From positions 548,204 through 612,203 of the forward strand of contig CBFDEM010000043.1 of the NCBI GenBank assembly GCA_965603825.1: 64,000 nucleotides of DNA. Direction: 5' to 3'. Every line of letters begins with the position of its first letter. Positions within the stretch are counted from its first letter, which is position 1. Below the pieces are notes generated by a model that worked only from the letters and a program-made list of their open reading frames with translations, did no database searches and was not told the DNA's origin. Of the stretch, positions 57,680 to 64,000 are shown one piece after another. This stretch comes from Blepharisma stoltei ATCC 30299 (Eukaryota > Protista > Ciliophora). Position numbers and translations under genes: made by a program.

Positions 57680-58747
57680 ATGATAAGACCAATTTTTGTG
57701 ATTGCAACCTTAATAAGCTTAGCCTTTTGTGTCGATACGTCAAGCTGCAAGACTGTTACTTGTGGATCAAGTGTTTCTGCCGGTGAAAAATGTGTCGCAG
57801 TGAATGACACCTCAGTTGTGGCAAGTCCATGCAAAGGCGACTATACCTGCTCAAATCTAGACCAATTTAAAGACAGTTCAAGCTGGAATAACGCTACTTG
57901 TGTCTCAGACTCTACTAGTGAAAGTGACATTGATTGCCCAGGTGATGGAACGTTGTCTACTTATCTCCCTTGCTGTGAAGACAAAGATTGCTATAGCCAA
58001 AACTGTGACAGTGGGCATTGTGAAGCAATAGCTGAGGACGATGCCTGCAGAGTTGATGAAGACTGCGACTATATGCACTTTTGCCCTGAGTCCAGCTATA
58101 AATGCACCAAAGTATCCCAAATGAATGAAACCTGCAAAATTGACAACCAATGCTTGCCAGGAGCTGGCTGCAATAACGGTATCTGCACTCCTTATTGGTC
58201 ATTTGACGTTGGTACTACAGTTTCAGACCCAAAATACTGCAAGACATTTTATGCAACATCAAGTGGCGTATGTGATTCAGTCAGTGTCTATGTCAGTGGG
58301 ACTAAAGTAGAGATGCCTTGGGGCTGCACAATTGGAAGCACTTGTGTGTATAAATCAGATACAACTTCGGAAGAGGTAGACTCAGAATCATGTAGGTGCG
58401 CTGGAGATGGAACTTCTAACGGATACTGCCCAAAGATTTATCCCAACGTTCAATATGATGGAGTTATTTTCCCAAAAATCCAAAACAGCGACTCTAGGTG
58501 CTCAGGAAAGAATGCGCACTCATCAGATATTGGGACGCTTTGCTTTTGCCATACAATAACAAAGGAAGCTTGCGATTATTATAATGCAATGAATGGGCAA
58601 GCTGAAAGCTGGAGTCTGCATGCTTCAGGGTCAATTGATAGCTGCTCTGAAAGTCTTGCGTTATATGATTCATCAGAGTCTCTAGACTCTTACTCATTTG
58701 CTGATCTACTTTCAGTGTCAGCGATCTTCTACTTAACTAATCTTTAA
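57680..58747 (+). CDS. Cys-rich secreted/surface protein, probable GPI anchor, 355 aa
   Basis: Signal peptide MIRPIFVIATLISLAFC, periodic Cys, CRCAGDGTSNGYC and hydrophobic tail FADLLSVSAIFYLTNL. Confidence 0.87.
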   Translation: MIRPIFVIATLISLAFCVDTSSCKTVTCGSSVSAGEKCVAVNDTSVVASPCKGDYTCSNLDQFKDSSSWNNATCVSDSTSESDIDCPGDGTLSTYLPCCEDKDCYSQNCDSGHCEAIAEDDACRVDEDCDYMHFCPESSYKCTKVSQMNETCKIDNQCLPGAGCNNGICTPYWSFDVGTTVSDPKYCKTFYATSSGVCDSVSVYVSGTKVEMPWGCTIGSTCVYKSDTTSEEVDSESCRCAGDGTSNGYCPKIYPNVQYDGVIFPKIQNSDSRCSGKNAHSSDIGTLCFCHTITKEACDYYNAMNGQAESWSLHASGSIDSCSESLALYDSSESLDSYSFADLLSVSAIFYLTNL

Positions 58748-59204
58748 GGTAATAAAAGATTATTTATTTGCCTAGCAATTTCTAGGGTAATAAAGGTTAT
58801 ATAGTTTCAAATCTACTACTCTGCATATCAAAATTTCACTCTCCAAATAATATTTTTATATTGCGAAATTTACCTTATTTATGTAATAATTGATTTTAAA
58901 TAAATTCATATGGTAAAAAATATTCATACTAAAGTAAGAAAGAGTTATTTCGATCAGTTGTCATAAGTTCATTGATTTAAATATAACGAATATGAAATTG
59001 ATAAATAGTAGTTATATTCATTTAAATTTCTTAAATTATATTTAAACTATGAAAATTTATTTATCTAGAATTTAAATTTGGTAAGTATTCAAAATCAGTG
59101 TAGTGTGTCTTAATTTATTCTTTTATGATGCATCTTATTTAATAATTAATTTATAAATTATCCTGCGCTTTGCTATTTCTTCCTATTGAAATATTTTAAA
59201 TAAT

Positions 59205-60746
59205 ATGGAAGCCCATCAAAGTCATTGTATATTCCGCTTTCCAGAAGAAAATATTGAAATTTCTTCTGATTTCGATTCAGGTAATTTAATCCGAGCTGAA
59301 AAGCAAGAACCTACAAAATTTTTCTTATGAATATGTACAGATTCTCCTAATACAAATGCGAGAGGTTGATTCTATTTCAAAGTTTCTGTCTCAGAACTCC
59401 AAACTCTAACTTTCCATGTGAAAAATATTGGAAACTTGACTAATCTCTATAAGTTTGGCTTTCGACCTGTTTTCTCTTATGACAAACAAAATTGGGAAAG
59501 AATCACATCTGATTTCACTGCAGTGCCAACCCCTGAAGGTACAGAAATTTCTTTTTCCCATTACTTCGCTGAAGATTCTGCTTATTTTGCATTTACCTAT
59601 CCGTGAAGTTATGAAGACAATCAAAATTTCTTAGACAGCATTTCTAACCCAAATATATATATTTTTAGAGAAAATTTGATCTCAAGTGTAGAAGGCAGAA
59701 AGTGCGACTATTTAGCCATCTCGTCTTTCAAAGGAATTTTAGAAACGGATATGATGTCTAATGGACCAAAAGAGTTTTCAGAAAAACAATTAATCGTAAT
59801 CTCTGCAAGGGTGCATGCAGCTGAGTCAGGAAGCTCGTTCATGATGAATGGACTTATTAAATTTCTGCTATCAGAAGATCCTCGCGCTATAGAATTATTA
59901 GACAACTTTGTATTTTTGCTAGTCCCAATGCTGAATCCAGACGGTGTTTACAAAGGAAATATGAGATTTGATACTTTAGGGCAAAATTTAAATCGATTTT
60001 ATTCTGATCCTATAATTTCTTTACACCCTACAATTTTTGCGATAAAAGAGTTAATAGTCCATAATAAAGAAAGGATTTTTTGTTACATAGATTTACATGC
60101 CCATGCCTCAATCAAAGGAATTTTTATATTTGGAAATTATATGAATGACTTCAAAAAGCAAGTAGAAACTTGCTTATTCCCTAAATTAATGGAAATAAAT
60201 AACGTTAATTTTCACTGGGAACAATGCAATTTTAGTGATGAAAATATGAAAGCCCATGATAAAAATGGAGATTCAAGAGAAGGCAGTGGAAGAGTAGGAA
60301 TTTTCAAAGCAGCAGGGTTGCTGAGGTGCTATACATTAGAGTGCAATTATCATTCTGGGATAACAACAAATAATATACCATCACCGGGAATAGAAGAATC
60401 ACTAATTGATGACCGAAACAGTGTAATTTATAATAATGGGTCGCCAGCTTATGATATTAAAATTTTTGAAAATGTTGGAAAGTCTATATGTGTCTCAATA
60501 CTTGATTTGATAGAAAAAAATCAATATTCAAGGCTTAGGGTTACAGAGTTTCAGAGTATAGAGGATTTTAAAGTGCATGTAGCAGAAAATGTAGCCAAGC
60601 TGGTACCATATCGATATTTTAATGAAATTAGGAAGATTGGAAAAAATAAGAATGCTTTGAGGGAGCTATTATGTAAGAAGGAAGAAAAAGAGGGCAATGA
60701 AAATAAAGCAATAGCTGAAGAAATAAAGGTTAATGAGAACCTTTAA
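59205..60746 (+). CDS. Cytosolic carboxypeptidase (M14D tubulin deglutamylase, CCP5/AGBL5-like), 513 aa
   Basis: SDFDSGNL, RG-W-FYF, YFAFTYP-W-SY, SARVHAAE, PMLNPDGV, GQNLNR, IDLHAH and YTLECNY, with three TGA=Trp. Confidence 0.92.
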
Positions 60747-61556
60747 TTAGCTGCTGAAAAAATAACATCATAATGAGCATATTTATCTTGAGAAGTAGAC
60801 TTTATATTCGTGATTAATATATTAATTAAATTTTAGCGTCATAAAAAGATTAATACTTAAATCCAAGCTTTATATATGAATCTGAGCTTAGTGCGAGGAA
60901 TAAATTTCAAATGTGGAGTCTGCATATTTGTTTAACTCTGCATGCAGAATTTTGAAGTTTGAGTAAATTATCGTGCAAATTAAATCATATAGGTTTTGGC
61001 TCTTAATTTGTACTATTATTTTCGTTTAAATAAAGAGCTGCTCGGCTAATCAATAAAATTTAGAAATAGTTCTCCCTATTTTGAGATTCAGGACAGCTAC
61101 TCTTATGAAGCCAGAGCATTAAGCATAAGCACAGAGAATTAAATACTTCATAAGAAATAACACGTTATCAGCTCTTAAATAAATTAAATTGATGACCAGC
61201 TTTCATTAAAATATTGAATGCATTGCTCTTTTCTTCTTCTAATTCTAAGTAGCTCTAACTAGGAAGCAGGCCTTGCCTCTATTTCAACTCTCTGCTTTCA
61301 TAGAAAATTAAAATTCAGAGGAAAAACCCCAATAAATCTATAAAATTATAAAATATAAATTGATAAAGTAATCAAAATGATGATTAATAAGCGTTATGCA
61401 TTCTTCTAATAACCGTATCTCTATCTTATAAATTAAAGTAGCATAGTTCCTAATAATTAATAATAGATATATTTAAAAGAGAGTAAAAAAATCCTCTGTG
61501 TTTTCATGCGAAAAAATTTCAGTCATTTTTTATAGATTTAAAATTTATTATAATTT

Positions 61557-64000
61557 GTGTTAGGGTGTTAGGGTGTTAGGGTGTTAGGGTGTTAGGGTGT
61601 TAGGGTGTTAGGGTGTTAGGGTGTTAGGGTGTTAGGGTGTTAGGGTGTTAGGGTGTTAGGGTGTTAGGGTGTTAGGGTGTTAGGGTGTTAGGGTGTTAGG
61701 GTGTTAGGGTGTTAGGGTGTTAGGGTGTTAGGGTGTTAGGGTGTTAGGGTGTTAGGGTGTTTAGGGTGTTAGGGTGTTAGGGTGTTAGGGTGTTAGGGGT
61801 GTTAGGGTGTTAGGGTGTTAGGGTGTTAGGGTGTTAGGGTGTTAGGGTGTTAGGGTGTTAGGGTGTTAGGGTGTTAGGGTGTTAGGGTGTTAGGGTGTTA
61901 GGGTGTTAGGGTGTTAGGGTGTTAGGGTGTTAGGGTGTTAGGGTGTTAGGGTGTTAGGGTGTTAGGGTGTTAGGGTGTTAGGGTGTTAGGGTGTTAGGGT
62001 GTTAGGGTGTTAGGGTGTGTTAGGGTGTTAGGGTGTTAGGGTGTTAGGGTGTTAGGGTGTGTTAGGGTGTTAGGGTGTTAGGGTGTTAGGGTGTTAGGGT
62101 GTTAGGGTGTTAGGGTGTTAGGGTGTTAGGGTGTTAGGGTGTTAGGGTGTTAGGGTGTTAGGGTGTTAGGGTGTTAGGGTGTTAGGGTGTTAGGGTGTTA
62201 GGGTGTGTAGGGTGTTAGGGTGTTAGGGTGTTAGGGTGTTAGGGTGTTAGGGTGTTAGGGTGTTAGGGTGTTAGGGTGTTAGGGTGTTAGGGTGTTAGGG
62301 TGTTAGGGTGTTAGGGTGTTAGGGTGTTAGGGTGTTAGGGTGTTAGGGTGTTAGGGTGTTAGGGTGTTAGGGTGTTAGGGTGTTAGGGTGTTAGGGTGTT
62401 AGGGTGTTAGGGTGTTAGGGTGTTAGGGTGTTAGGGTGTTAGGGTGTTAGGGTGTTAGGGTGTTAGGGTGTTAGGGTGTTAGGGTGTTAGGGTGTTAGGG
62501 TGTTAGGGTGTTAGGGTGTTAGGGTGTTAGGGTGTTAGGGTGTTAGGGTGTTAGGGTGTTAGGGTGTTAGGGTGTTAGGGTGTTAGGGTGTTAGGGTGTT
62601 AGGGTGTTAGGGTGTTAGGGTGTTAGGGTGTTAGGGTGTTAGGGTGTTAGGGTGTTAGGGTGTTAGGGTGTTAGGGTGTTAGGGTGTTAGGGTGTTAGGG
62701 TGTTAGGGTGTTAGGGTGTTAGGGTGTTAGGGTGTTAGGGTGTTAGGGTGTTAGGGTTGTTAGGGTGTTAGGGTGTTAGGGTGTTAGGGTGTTAGGGTGT
62801 TAGGGTGTTAGGGTGTTTAGGGTGTTAGGGTGTTAGGGTGTTAGGGTGTTAGGGTGTTAGGGTGTTAGGGTGTTAGGGTGTTAGGGTGTTAGGGTGTTAG
62901 GGTGTTAGGGTGTTAGGGTGTTAGGGTGTTAGGGTGTTAGGGTGTTAGGGTGTTAGGGTGTTAGAGGTGTTAGGGGTGTTAGGGTGTTAGGGTGTTAGGG
63001 TGTTAGGGTGTTAGGGTGTTAGGGTGTTAGGGTGTTAGGGTGTTAGGGTGTTAGGGTGTTAGGGTGTTAGGGTGTTAGGGTGTTAGGGTGTTAGGGTGTT
63101 AGGGTGTTAGGGTGTTAGGGTGTTAGGGTAGTTTAGGGTGTTAGGGTGTTAGGGTGTTAGGGTGTTAGGGTGTTAGGGTGTTAGGGTGTTAGGGTGTTAG
63201 GGTGTTAGGGTGTTAGGGTGTTAGGGTGTTAGGGTGTTAGGGTGTTAGGGTGTTAGGGTGTGTTAGGGTGTTAGGGTGTTAGGGTGTTAGGGTGTTAGGG
63301 TGTTAGGGTGTTAGGTGTTAGGGTGTTAGGGTGTTAGGGTGTTAGGGTGTTAGGGTGTTAGAGGTGTTAGGGTGTTAGGGTGTTAGGGTGTTAGGGTGTT
63401 AGGGTGTTAGGGTGTTAGGGTGTTAGGGTGTTAGGGTGTTAGGGTGTTAGGGTGTTAGGGTGTTAGGGTGTTAGGGTGTTAGGGTGTTAGGGTGTTAGGG
63501 TGTTAGGGTGTTAGGGTGTTAGGGTGTTAGGGTGTTAGGGTGTTAGGGTGTTAGGGTGTTAGGGTAGGTTAGGGTGTTAGGGTGTTAGGGTTTAGGTGTT
63601 AGGGTGTTAGGGTGTGTTAGGGTGTTAGGGTGTTAGGGTGTTAGGGTGTTAGGGTGTTAGGGTGTTAGGGTGTTTAGGGTGTTAGGGTGTTAGGGTGTAG
63701 GTTGAGGGTGTTAGGGTGTTAGGGTGTTAGGGTGTTAGAGGGTGTTAGGGTGTTAGGGTGTTAGGTGTTAGGGTGTTAGGGTGTTAGGGTGTTAGGGTGT
63801 TAGGGTGTTAGGGTGTTAGGGTGTTAGGGTGTTAGGGTGTTAGGGTGTTAGGGTGTTAGGGTGTTAGGGTGTTAGGGTGTTAGGGTGTTAGGGTGTTAGG
63901 GTGTTAGGGTGTTAGGGTGTTTAGGGTGTTAGGGTGTTAGGGTGTTAGGGTGTTAGGGTGATTAGGTGTTAGCGTACTGCTTAGGGTGTTAGGGTGTTTG
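61557..64000 (+). repeat. Telomere, (TGTTAGGG)n / (CCCTAACA)n, about 300 units, running to the window end
   Basis: Near-perfect 8-nt tandem array with the G-rich strand running 5'->3' toward the end. CCCTAACA is the known heterotrich (Stentor/Blepharisma) repeat. Confidence 0.98.

Noticed and set aside
4267-59905. Many short antisense or alternate-frame ORFs in the track (e.g. 5964-6218, 10324-10635, 26501-26902, 37230-37709, 41294-41797, 51258-51662)
   Set aside because: They are shadows of well-supported genes on the other strand or frame.
2714-60746. Split ORFs as pseudogenes, or TGA as selenocysteine
   Set aside because: The breaks are in-frame TGAs at conserved Trp positions or canonical 15-16 nt introns. 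None aligns with a catalytic Cys.
38042-60746. Cluster of basal-body/ciliary genes (LRR, SAS-6, SPATA4, DUF4485, CCP)
   Set aside because: Such genes are abundant in ciliates and here are interspersed with unrelated genes, so there is no evidence of non-random clustering.
1-61556. Transposons, retained IESs, telomerase RNA or internal telomeric seeds
   Set aside because: I saw no transposase or RT motifs, terminal inverted repeats or internal CCCTAACA runs. IESs cannot be called without germline reads.
61557-64000. CRISPR array or satellite
   Set aside because: It is a spacerless 8-nt tandem repeat matching the heterotrich telomere, in a eukaryotic context.

Overview
This is a eukaryotic chromosome end, almost certainly from the macronuclear genome of a heterotrich ciliate of the Blepharisma type. 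Three signatures agree. (1) A ~2.44 kb (TGTTAGGG)n = (CCCTAACA)n telomere tract fills 61557-64000. (2) UGA is read as Trp, with about 40 in-frame TGAs in 20 genes, many at invariant Trp positions, while every gene ends in TAA or TAG. (3) There are eleven 15-16 nt spliceosomal introns (GTA...AG, A at position 10). The supplied ORF track therefore fragments many genes, and I rejoined them by hand. The window holds about 41 protein genes and one tRNA-Val(CAC), often very tightly packed. Genes include ACAD8, UMP1 beside proteasome beta1, two AGC kinases, a divergent actin, TIP41, SAS-6, a ferlin, a CNBD K+ channel, a Kelch phosphatase, SPATA4, a cytosolic carboxypeptidase and two Cys-rich GPI-type surface proteins. 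I found no mobile element or CRISPR. The best leads are a K+ channel with a perfect CCHC zinc knuckle after its cyclic-nucleotide domain, two apparent pseudoenzymes (a secreted PHB-depolymerase homolog lacking Ser and His, and a CaaX-tailed rhodanese lacking Cys), 4-21 nt intergenic gaps, a stop-free intron in a kinase P-loop, and a small pseudogene graveyard at 1-2100. All family calls come from recognising motifs by eye; no searches were run.
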